A stretch of DNA of 64,000 bases from Marinicella sp. (GTDB lineage Bacteria; Pseudomonadota; Gammaproteobacteria; Xanthomonadales; Marinicellaceae), in NCBI GenBank assembly GCA_965230295.1, contig OZ246001.1, positions 2,400,001-2,464,000 on the forward strand. The letters are read 5' to 3'. The position numbers and the translations under genes are program-made. The notes beneath the pieces were generated by a model. That model made no database searches. It was not told where the DNA came from and saw only the letters and a list, made by a program, of their open reading frames with translations. Of the stretch, positions 28,462 through 36,986 are shown piece by piece. Each line of letters begins with the position of its first letter. Position 1 is the first letter of the stretch.

Positions 28462-30789
28462 ATGAGTCAATCAGTGGTCAAAGTTAAACACGTCAACATC
28501 ATTGCGGCTGAAATCAAAGCCGACAACAAGCAAATTGAAAATGCCATCGAATTATTGGATGCCGGTGATACAGTTCCATTCATCGCACGCTACCGAAAAG
28601 AGGTTACCGGTGGACTGGATGACACCCAATTGCGACAATTGGAAGAACGGTTGGGCTATTTGCGCGAGTTGGATGAACGTCGTGAAACGATCATCAAGAC
28701 CATTGAAGAACAAGGCAAGCTCACAGATGCACTCAAGCGCTCTATTCTTGAAGCAGAAACCAAGACTCGGTTAGAAGATTTATATTTACCCTACAAGAAA
28801 AAACGCCAAACCAAAGCCCAAAAGGCGCGTTTGGCGGGTTTAGAACCCCTGTTGCAACAAATCATTGAACAACCCAATAAAGATGTTCATGTCCTGGCCG
28901 CTGAATTCATCAATAAAGAGCATGCCATCGATGATGCAGAAGCTGCTTTAGAAGGTGCCAGACAAATTGCCCTGGAAGACATGGGTGAAGATGCTGACTT
29001 GATCCAGTCTTTGCGGGATTGGTTGTGGATTGAAGGGGTGGTGATCGCCAAAGTCTTGAAAGGACAGGAAACCGAAGCCAAAGCCGCGCGCTTTAAAGAC
29101 TATTTTGATTTTTCTGAAGGCATCAATAAAATACCTTCACACCGCATGTTGGCATTGTTACGAGGTCGCAATGAAGGTGTACTGAGTTTAACCATTGACC
29201 ACCGTGACGTACTGGATGAAAACTTATTAACCCATCCTGCCATAGGTCTGTTGGTGCAACATACTGGCTGGGACATCGGTGCTTCAGACTGGTTGGCCCG
29301 AACCATCGAGTTGGGCTGGAAAGCCAAATTGCAATTAAAACTCAATCTACAACTCACCGCTCAATTGCGAGAACAATCAGATGATGCCGCGATTCAAATC
29401 TTCAACCGCAATTTAAAAGACCTGTTACTGGCAGCACCAGCCGGTGGACAAGTGACTTTGGGTTTGGACCCCGGGTTTCGGACTGGAGTTAAAACCGTGG
29501 TGGTCGATGGCAATGGTAAGTTACTGGATACAGCTGTGATTTATCCACACGCACCGCAAAAGCAGTGGGAAGGCGCCAAACAAACTTTGGTGAAACTGTG
29601 CCTACAACATGGCGTTAAATTGATCGCCATAGGTAATGGGACCGCATCGCGTGAAACGGATCAATTGGCAGCTGAGTTGATCAAACAAAACAAAGACATC
29701 ACCGCGCAGAAGATCATGGTTTCGGAAGCCGGTGCTTCGGTGTATTCGGCATCAGCTTTGGCAGCGGCAGAATTTCCTGATTTGGATGTTTCCTACCGGG
29801 GGGCGGTATCGATTGCCCGAAGATTGCAGGACCCTTTGGCCGAATTGGTAAAAATTGATCCCAAAGCAATCGGTGTTGGACAATATCAACATGATGTCAA
29901 CCAGGCCCAGTTATCCAAAGCTTTGGGTGATTGTGTGGAGGATTGTGTGAATAAAGTAGGTGTAGATGTGAACACGGCATCAGCGCCTTTGTTGAAATAT
30001 GTGGCGGGTGTGTCCGATTCTGTGGCCCAGGAGATTGTTAAATTCCGTGATGCCAATGGCAGCTTCAAGAACCGCAAGCAATTACTGAAAGTGAACCGTC
30101 TGGGAGAAAAAATGTTCGAACAATGTGCTGGATTTTTGCGGATTCGACAGGGCGATCAACCGTTGGACCAATCAGCGGTCCACCCTGAAGCCTATCCATT
30201 GGTGGAAAATCTATTGGCTCACATGAACACCCAGATTGAACAAGTGATTGGTCAGATGGGACCCTTGAGTCAATTGAACCCATCTGATTTTGCCAATGAT
30301 CAATATGGTGTGGCCACCATCAAAGACGTGATTGAAGAATTGAAAAAACCTGGGCGGGATCCTCGAGGTGAATTCAAAACAGCCACTTTTGACGAACAAG
30401 TGCATGAGATCAAAGACCTCAAGACAGGTATGCGTCTGGAAGGCGTGGTGACCAATGTGACTGCTTTTGGTGCTTTTGTTGATGTCGGTGTGCACCAAGA
30501 TGGTTTGGTTCACATCTCAGAATTGGCCGATCAATATGTCAAAGACCCGGCAGATGTGGTTAAGGCAGGACAGGTGATTAAAGTCCGGGTGCTGGATGTT
30601 GATGTCCAACGCAAAAGGATTTCACTGAGTGCCAAATCAGGAGAAGCCAGACCTGCTGGAAATAAAGAGGGTAAAGCCAAACAAGCGACCCATAAAGCCA
30701 AAAGACATCATAAAAAGGTTCAAAACAGGGCACCTCAAGGGGCCTTTGCTGGCGCTTTGGCTGATGCCTTTAAAAAAGCCAAAAAGTAA
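28462..30789 (+). CDS. tex: Tex transcriptional accessory protein
   Basis: TVPFIARYRKE, GLDPGFRTG, IGNGTASRET, HhH, S1 domain FGAFVDVGVHQDGLVHIS. Confidence 0.95.
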   Translation: MSQSVVKVKHVNIIAAEIKADNKQIENAIELLDAGDTVPFIARYRKEVTGGLDDTQLRQLEERLGYLRELDERRETIIKTIEEQGKLTDALKRSILEAETKTRLEDLYLPYKKKRQTKAQKARLAGLEPLLQQIIEQPNKDVHVLAAEFINKEHAIDDAEAALEGARQIALEDMGEDADLIQSLRDWLWIEGVVIAKVLKGQETEAKAARFKDYFDFSEGINKIPSHRMLALLRGRNEGVLSLTIDHRDVLDENLLTHPAIGLLVQHTGWDIGASDWLARTIELGWKAKLQLKLNLQLTAQLREQSDDAAIQIFNRNLKDLLLAAPAGGQVTLGLDPGFRTGVKTVVVDGNGKLLDTAVIYPHAPQKQWEGAKQTLVKLCLQHGVKLIAIGNGTASRETDQLAAELIKQNKDITAQKIMVSEAGASVYSASALAAAEFPDLDVSYRGAVSIARRLQDPLAELVKIDPKAIGVGQYQHDVNQAQLSKALGDCVEDCVNKVGVDVNTASAPLLKYVAGVSDSVAQEIVKFRDANGSFKNRKQLLKVNRLGEKMFEQCAGFLRIRQGDQPLDQSAVHPEAYPLVENLLAHMNTQIEQVIGQMGPLSQLNPSDFANDQYGVATIKDVIEELKKPGRDPRGEFKTATFDEQVHEIKDLKTGMRLEGVVTNVTAFGAFVDVGVHQDGLVHISELADQYVKDPADVVKAGQVIKVRVLDVDVQRKRISLSAKSGEARPAGNKEGKAKQATHKAKRHHKKVQNRAPQGAFAGALADAFKKAKK

Positions 30790-30832
30790 ATGAATCTCCA
30801 AGGACCTCCTTCCTTAGGAGGTTAAATGGGAA

Positions 30833-30851
30833 GGGGCTTTTATCAAGCCCC
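30833..30851. terminator. Hairpin between convergent genes
   Basis: GGGGCTT-TTATC-AAGCCCC; a second hairpin CCTCCT..AGGAGG at about 30806-30821. Confidence 0.5.
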
Positions 30852-30869
30852 AAACTTTTGTGAAAGTGC

Positions 30870-32474
30870 TTATTCTGACCAAATCAATTGTGCATCGAGC
30901 ATTGGCCATTGGTTGGTGATTTGCCCGGTTTTCATGTCATAAGTTTGAATCTGTTCTTCGGTTTTTATGATGAAATAATCCTGATCTTCATCAAAGCCCA
31001 CAATGTCCTCATATTCAATGGCTTGAGTCATGGCAAATGTCTGGTCATTGATTTGTGTGATTTGTTTGTTACTGAAAACCCAAACAGGAGCCGTCTTTTC
31101 ATCACCTTGATAAATCAGGAAGGTACCACGACCTGTGGCGATGGCTTTTCTGCCTGACAAATCACCGGCATTGAATTGCGTGACGTCATTGGTTTTCCAG
31201 TTGATTACATACAACTTGTTTTCAGTTCGGTTCAGAATCATACCGGTACTGGAGTATTTAAATCCAATATACATATATCCGGTTGCTCCGCCAGTGACGC
31301 CAGCTAAGGCCACAGTGGCCATGAATTGACCAAATTTCACCCCAGGCCGGCCCGTACCTGATCGTTCAATTAATTCTCCTGTTGGTACATCCACAACTGC
31401 CACTTCAGAACCCGTACCTTCTCTAAGGTATAACAGATTTCCTGAAGTGTTATAAAAGTAACTGGCCGTATCAAAGGGTAATTTTGTGACGGCATGTCGT
31501 TCTGATTGGCCCAAATCGAAGGTGGCAATACGATTTCTTTGTTTGACCAGGATTTGATCAAAATCATCGATCACATACATGTCGTCCGGGCTCAGGTTTT
31601 TGATGTCGTAGGCATGAAGTGTTGAGCTTTCTGTGCCTTTTAACTCGCTGAGGAAGACCCGTTTGCCTTTTTCATCGGTATTGATGCTGTATAACTTATT
31701 GGAAGTTTCGCTGCTGGCAAATACCGGTTGCGCTTTACTTTTACCTTCAATATTCACCTTGTTTTTAGACTTCAAATCAATCGCCTGGATCCAATATTGC
31801 TTTTTCTGTTTGGTCCCAGAGTATTTGGTCAGGTACAGGTGGTCATGGTGGATGGTTCCATATTGTCGGTACTCTCCAAGCTTACTGGTTAGGGCAACGT
31901 TGAAATCTGCTAAACGCAGTACAGTCAGTTCATCCTTACTGGTGTTGTTGATCAGGATGTAGTTTTTGTCAGAGGACAATGACACTTCATTTTTGAATTT
32001 GCTTAAAGGGATTTCTTTCAATACCGTGCCAGCCGCCACATCGATGACCAACAATTTTTGATTTTTCTTGGTCCCTGTATGTATCAGCAAATGCTTGTGA
32101 TCTTCGGTCAGGTGGTAAAATGTGTAAAACTGATTTTGGGCCACCAACCGATTGTGTATATGTGCCATTTCGATGTTTTTGATTTGACTGATATCAGTTT
32201 TATCGACAATTTGTAACAGGGCTTTTTTGTTATCGATCGTTCCATATAAGATCAGGTGTTTATTGACTGGTAATTTCAGCCGTTCCATGCTGAACTTCCA
32301 GGTGGGGCTCAAAGTTACCTGTTGAATGATGGCTCCATCCTCTTGTTTGAGTTCAGTCAATTGGTTGGTGTAATCTCTTCCTTTTTTTTCATATTTGAGA
32401 GAGAAAAATTGAGATGCATGTGTTTGGCTACCGCAAATGAATGCCAGTAGCATGAGGCTCATTTTTAATTTCAT
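30870..32474 (-). CDS. Secreted hypothetical protein, probable beta-propeller (YncE-like)
   Basis: Signal peptide ending THA; blade-like repeats (KLLVIDVAAGTVLKEI, EVAVVDVPTGELI, KLYVIN..TNDVT). Confidence 0.65.
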   Translation of the reverse strand: MKLKMSLMLLAFICGSQTHASQFFSLKYEKKGRDYTNQLTELKQEDGAIIQQVTLSPTWKFSMERLKLPVNKHLILYGTIDNKKALLQIVDKTDISQIKNIEMAHIHNRLVAQNQFYTFYHLTEDHKHLLIHTGTKKNQKLLVIDVAAGTVLKEIPLSKFKNEVSLSSDKNYILINNTSKDELTVLRLADFNVALTSKLGEYRQYGTIHHDHLYLTKYSGTKQKKQYWIQAIDLKSKNKVNIEGKSKAQPVFASSETSNKLYSINTDEKGKRVFLSELKGTESSTLHAYDIKNLSPDDMYVIDDFDQILVKQRNRIATFDLGQSERHAVTKLPFDTASYFYNTSGNLLYLREGTGSEVAVVDVPTGELIERSGTGRPGVKFGQFMATVALAGVTGGATGYMYIGFKYSSTGMILNRTENKLYVINWKTNDVTQFNAGDLSGRKAIATGRGTFLIYQGDEKTAPVWVFSNKQITQINDQTFAMTQAIEYEDIVGFDEDQDYFIIKTEEQIQTYDMKTGQITNQWPMLDAQLIWSE

Positions 32475-32774
32475 GAATATTTCCTTGTTAGTTAATTTAT
32501 GTTCCAGTAGATGGGTTTGTTTCCATTTGAATCCGTTGAATACAACCCGGCGGCTATTGTATCAGATCGACATCTGATAATTAAGTGTGCCAATGTGAAG
32601 AAATGCCGTGTGTTTAGCCACTGCAACCTTTTAATTAAGCAAGACCATAAACGGTATTTTGAAAGACTGCTTTGACAGTGTTTTGGGTGTTACATTTAGA
32701 AACAATTTGTTAATTACCTTTTAACATACTCGCTGCTATGATGCTGGCACGTATAGTTTTTTAAAGGAATAAAA

Positions 32775-34166
32775 ATGTCTTCATCCGTTAAACTCTTAAA
32801 AATTTTACTCTTGTGGGTTGTTTGTCAACCAGCTGATGCTGTGCAAATCAGTCAAGGACGTATTGGGGAAGTGCTGATCTTTCCATACTATACGGTCAAC
32901 AATGGATTAAATACCCTGTACTCAGTGGTGAACACATCAGATCAGCCGATCGCAGCAAAAATTCGTTTTTTAGAAGGCCAGAACGCTGCCGATGTGCTGA
33001 CGTTCAACATCTATTTATCAGCCCATGATGTTTGGACCGGTGCATTGGTTCCAGCACAGTCAACCATAGCGGGCCACCAAGGTGAAGACAGTGTGATGCA
33101 TTTTACCAGTGACCAGTCTTGTGCCCCCTTTTTGTTGAAGAACGGGCAAGAATTTTTGCCTTTCTTGATTGATTTAGATGGCAGTAACGATGATTTGGTG
33201 CGGGCCAGAGATGGGCACTTCGAAGTGTTGGAAATGGGTGTGGTTACTGGAGAAGCGGCCAATCACGTCACTCATGACAGTGATGGCATACCACAAGCCT
33301 GTGAAATGATCTTAGCAGCCTGGGGATTGTCGGGTGAATGGTTGTTGTCAGAGTTGGGTGACCCAGTGGGCGGCTTAACTGGATCTGCATCATTGGTCAA
33401 CGTTTCCGAGGGCCTGTCTTTCTCTTATGATCCATTGGTGTTGAGTGATTTCTGGCAACAGTCAGGCATACATACTGAACCTGGTTCAGAGCTGCCCAAT
33501 TTGAGTTCGGCAGCACCAGAATCCAGGGTCTTTCTCGATGATGGCGAGTGGGCGCTTTCTCAATGGACTCATGGTTATCAAGCGGTTTCTGCGGTGATGA
33601 TGCAGCAAACCATCATCAACGAATATGCCTTGGATTCACTGGTCAATGGCAAATCGGAATGGGTGGTGACCATGCCAACCAAACACCACCACACCAATCA
33701 AGTCCCACTCAGTCAAATACCGCCTTTTACATCACCATGGACAGGTAGAGTGGCTTGTGGTGATTTCGAGATAACAACCTTTGATCGAGAAGAGCAGCTT
33801 GAAATCCTCACCGTCGGTGGCGTTACCAGACCACCGCGTCCTCCAGCACCGCAATTTTGTTTTGCCAGTAACCTATTAGAGTTCATCTTGCCGGGCAATG
33901 ACGCTTCAATTCGTTCAGGCATCCTGGGTTCTACTAACCGCGTCATAGAAAAGACCCCATCTTCAGCCACAACTGAAAACGGTTGGGCGGTTATAGCTTT
34001 CAGTGATGCCAGAAATCAATTGGAGTCACAACAAGGGCCCAGCTATAAAGGGTTGCCAGTCACTGGTTTCGCGGTACAGCAATTTACCAACGGTGGAGCC
34101 GGGCCTGGATTATTGGCCCAATATGGCAGTTTGTTTGAACACAAAGGTACGGTTAAAACTTTTTAA
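32775..34166 (+). CDS. Secreted cell-surface / putative S-layer-type protein, paralogue 1
   Basis: Signal peptide; GEVLIFPYYTVN, LYSVVNT, KIRFLEG, FNIYLS.DVWTG, EWVVTMPTK, ENGW, GLPVTGFA, LAQYGSLF. Confidence 0.8.
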   Translation: MSSSVKLLKILLLWVVCQPADAVQISQGRIGEVLIFPYYTVNNGLNTLYSVVNTSDQPIAAKIRFLEGQNAADVLTFNIYLSAHDVWTGALVPAQSTIAGHQGEDSVMHFTSDQSCAPFLLKNGQEFLPFLIDLDGSNDDLVRARDGHFEVLEMGVVTGEAANHVTHDSDGIPQACEMILAAWGLSGEWLLSELGDPVGGLTGSASLVNVSEGLSFSYDPLVLSDFWQQSGIHTEPGSELPNLSSAAPESRVFLDDGEWALSQWTHGYQAVSAVMMQQTIINEYALDSLVNGKSEWVVTMPTKHHHTNQVPLSQIPPFTSPWTGRVACGDFEITTFDREEQLEILTVGGVTRPPRPPAPQFCFASNLLEFILPGNDASIRSGILGSTNRVIEKTPSSATTENGWAVIAFSDARNQLESQQGPSYKGLPVTGFAVQQFTNGGAGPGLLAQYGSLFEHKGTVKTF

Positions 34167-34168
34167 GG

Positions 34169-35590
34169 ATGAAAATGATGAACACTAAAATGATTTGTAT
34201 GATGGGCGTTTTGTTGGGTGGCTTGGTTTCACAAGTACAGGCCGTTCAAGTGAACCAGCGAGGTCATGGAGAGGTGTTGATTTACCCCTATTACACGGTG
34301 AACAATGACCTCAACACTTTGTATTCAGTGGTCAACACCACAGCAGATACCAAAGCCATCAAGGTGCGTTTTTTAGAAGGTGACATTGGTTTGGAGGTGC
34401 TGTCATTCAACGTATACTTGAGTGCTTTTGATGTCTGGACTGGTGCTCTTTTTTCGAGCACATCTACGATAGCTGATCACGCAGGTGAGGCCACTGCAGT
34501 ACATGTCAGCACAGACACATCCTGCGCGCCTTTTTTGAATAAAGGAGGTCAGGAGTTTTTGCCCTTTGCGATTGATACGGATTCAGATCATGACAATAGG
34601 GGCATGCGCCGGGCAACAGAAGGGCACCTGGAAATCATCGAGATGGGGGTGTTGACAGCTGCAGGTGTTGCCTGGGCTGATCATGGTGTATCTGGTGTAC
34701 CTGCAAATTGTGGCCGAATTCAAGATGATTGGGATGACAACGGCATGTGGAACACCAGTACACCTGATGAGCCCAGTGGCGGCTTGATGGGAGCGGCCAC
34801 ATTGGTGAATGTGGCAGAAGGCATGGCTTTTTCCTACGATGCCATCGCCTTACAAAATTTTTGGCAAGGGCCTGGCAATCACACCGAACCCGGTTCGCCA
34901 GAGCCAGACTTGAATGCAGCTTTTCCTGAATCTCGCGTGTTGTTGGATGATGGAGAAATGGTGGTGTCAGAATGGACCCATGGATTTGAGGCCGTCTCTG
35001 CGGTGTTAACTAAATCCGGCATCATCAATGAATACGCGATTGATCAAGGCGTCGGCGGTAAAACAGAATGGCTACTCAGTTACCCAACCAAAGGCTATCA
35101 CAGTGGGTCAGATGATGTTATAGCACCATTTACACAAACGTGGGATGGCGCAAACGCTTGTGAAACTTTTGCTGTTGAATTGTGGAACCGGGAAGCTTAT
35201 CTGAAGCCGCCCTTATCTTGTGGGTCTGTGACTTGCTCCCCCACTCAAATGTTGCCAAAAATGTGCAAGTCAGCCAATGTGATTTCATTCATTGCACCTG
35301 ATGGTGATGTGATGAGTGAATCAAGGATTTTGGGTTCGGACAATTTATTAACAATTTCAACCATTGATGGCAGTAACAGTGAAAATGGCTGGGCTAAACT
35401 GACATTTCCGGAATCTGCACAAACTGATCCACTTTCAGGTGAAGCTATTAAAGGCATGCCAGTGGCAGGGATTGCCGTTATGCAGTTCACCAATGCAGGC
35501 GCTGCTGAAGGCCTGTTGGCTCAGTATGGATCTTTATTTAGACATAAATTCGTGACCGAATCTATACCAGGAGAAGACAATGATATATAA
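34169..35590 (+). CDS. Secreted cell-surface / putative S-layer-type protein, paralogue 2
   Basis: Same motif series as 32775-34166, collinear over the full length. Confidence 0.8.
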   Translation: MKMMNTKMICMMGVLLGGLVSQVQAVQVNQRGHGEVLIYPYYTVNNDLNTLYSVVNTTADTKAIKVRFLEGDIGLEVLSFNVYLSAFDVWTGALFSSTSTIADHAGEATAVHVSTDTSCAPFLNKGGQEFLPFAIDTDSDHDNRGMRRATEGHLEIIEMGVLTAAGVAWADHGVSGVPANCGRIQDDWDDNGMWNTSTPDEPSGGLMGAATLVNVAEGMAFSYDAIALQNFWQGPGNHTEPGSPEPDLNAAFPESRVLLDDGEMVVSEWTHGFEAVSAVLTKSGIINEYAIDQGVGGKTEWLLSYPTKGYHSGSDDVIAPFTQTWDGANACETFAVELWNREAYLKPPLSCGSVTCSPTQMLPKMCKSANVISFIAPDGDVMSESRILGSDNLLTISTIDGSNSENGWAKLTFPESAQTDPLSGEAIKGMPVAGIAVMQFTNAGAAEGLLAQYGSLFRHKFVTESIPGEDNDI

Positions 35591-36986
35591 ACAATTGAAG
35601 TGGGTCATTTTTTTATTGGCGGTATTCCCCAATGCATGGTCAGTACAACAGAATGACAGTGGTCGGGGAGAGGTATTGATATATCCCTATTACACCACCA
35701 ACAATGGACTTAATACCTTGTATTCAGTGGTCAATACCACGCCAGATTCGAAAGCCATTAAGGTGCGATTTTTGGAAAGTGATATTGGTCTGGATGTGCT
35801 TACTTTCAATGTATATCTAAGCGGTTATGATGTATGGACAGGCGCATTGATTCCAACCACATCTACCATTGCAAATCATGCAGGTGAACCCAGTGTAGCG
35901 CATGTGTCAGCGGATACCTCATGTGCACCATTTTTAGTTAAGGCCGGTCAGGAGTTCCTCCCTTTCCTGATCGATGCGGATTTGGATTCAGATAACCGCA
36001 GTTTAAAACGAGCAACAGAGGGGCACTTGCAAATATTAGAGATGGGTGTTTTAACCGGAGAGGCCGTTGCATGGGTTGATCATGGTGGCATTGGTGTTCC
36101 TGCCAATTGTGGCGCACTTCAAGCAGAGTGGAGTGACAATAGCGAGTGGGATTTGGGTGCATTGGATGAGCCAAGTGGCGGTTTGATTGGTGCCGGTAGT
36201 ATCATCAATGTGGCAGAAGGGATTTCATTTTCGTTTGACGCCATCACCTTACAAGATTTTTGGCAAGGTTCAGGCCAACACACCCAGCCTGGTGATCTGG
36301 TTCCGGACCTGAATGCGGCTTTTCCAGAGTCTACGGTGTTATTGGATGATGGTGACTTGGTGGTTAACAGTTGGGAACATGGTTACCAAGCCGTGTCTGC
36401 CGTACTGACCCGCTCAAAGGTATTTAACGAATATGCTTTGGACCAGGTGGTTGCAGGGAAAACTGAATGGGTGGTTAATTTTCCAACCAAAATACATCAC
36501 AGTGCTGGTCCTGAAGTTGTGCCGCCATTCGTCAGTCCTTGGGACGGTAAACATGCCTGTGAAACGATCAAGTGGGAAATTTGGGACCGTGAGGCCACCT
36601 ATCAGCACCCGCCCATTTGCATCGGCAGCCCTTGTCCTCCCAGACCACTGTTGCCTAAAATGTGTCAAGCTGTGAATGTACTGGATTTTTACTTGGCATC
36701 AGGTGAGACCATGAATCCAACTGAAGTTCTGGGTTCTTACAATCAGCTATCGGTATTTATTGATGCACAGGGTTTCACAGAAAACGGTCAGATTCAGTTA
36801 GAGTTTCCTGAGACAGCTGCGACCACACCCGAAAGTGGTCAGGCTTTACTGGGCTTACCAGTCATCGGTTTTGCAGCACAGCAATTCACCAATGCCGGGG
36901 CTGCTCAAGGCTTGTTGGCGCAGTACGGTTCTTTGTTTAAGCACAAATACAAGATTGAAGTGGCGCCTGTTGATGCAACTAAATGA
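35580..36986 (+). CDS. Secreted cell-surface / putative S-layer-type protein, paralogue 3
   Basis: Same motif series; visibly closest to paralogue 2; overlaps its stop and the uvrD stop. Confidence 0.8.
   Translation: MIYKQLKWVIFLLAVFPNAWSVQQNDSGRGEVLIYPYYTTNNGLNTLYSVVNTTPDSKAIKVRFLESDIGLDVLTFNVYLSGYDVWTGALIPTTSTIANHAGEPSVAHVSADTSCAPFLVKAGQEFLPFLIDADLDSDNRSLKRATEGHLQILEMGVLTGEAVAWVDHGGIGVPANCGALQAEWSDNSEWDLGALDEPSGGLIGAGSIINVAEGISFSFDAITLQDFWQGSGQHTQPGDLVPDLNAAFPESTVLLDDGDLVVNSWEHGYQAVSAVLTRSKVFNEYALDQVVAGKTEWVVNFPTKIHHSAGPEVVPPFVSPWDGKHACETIKWEIWDREATYQHPPICIGSPCPPRPLLPKMCQAVNVLDFYLASGETMNPTEVLGSYNQLSVFIDAQGFTENGQIQLEFPETAATTPESGQALLGLPVIGFAAQQFTNAGAAQGLLAQYGSLFKHKYKIEVAPVDATK

Noticed and set aside
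32775-36986. Paralogue triplet as DGR targets or invertible/phase-variable cassettes
   Set aside because: No reverse transcriptase, recombinase or inverted repeats nearby; all three ORFs are intact and differences are not visibly adenine-specific.
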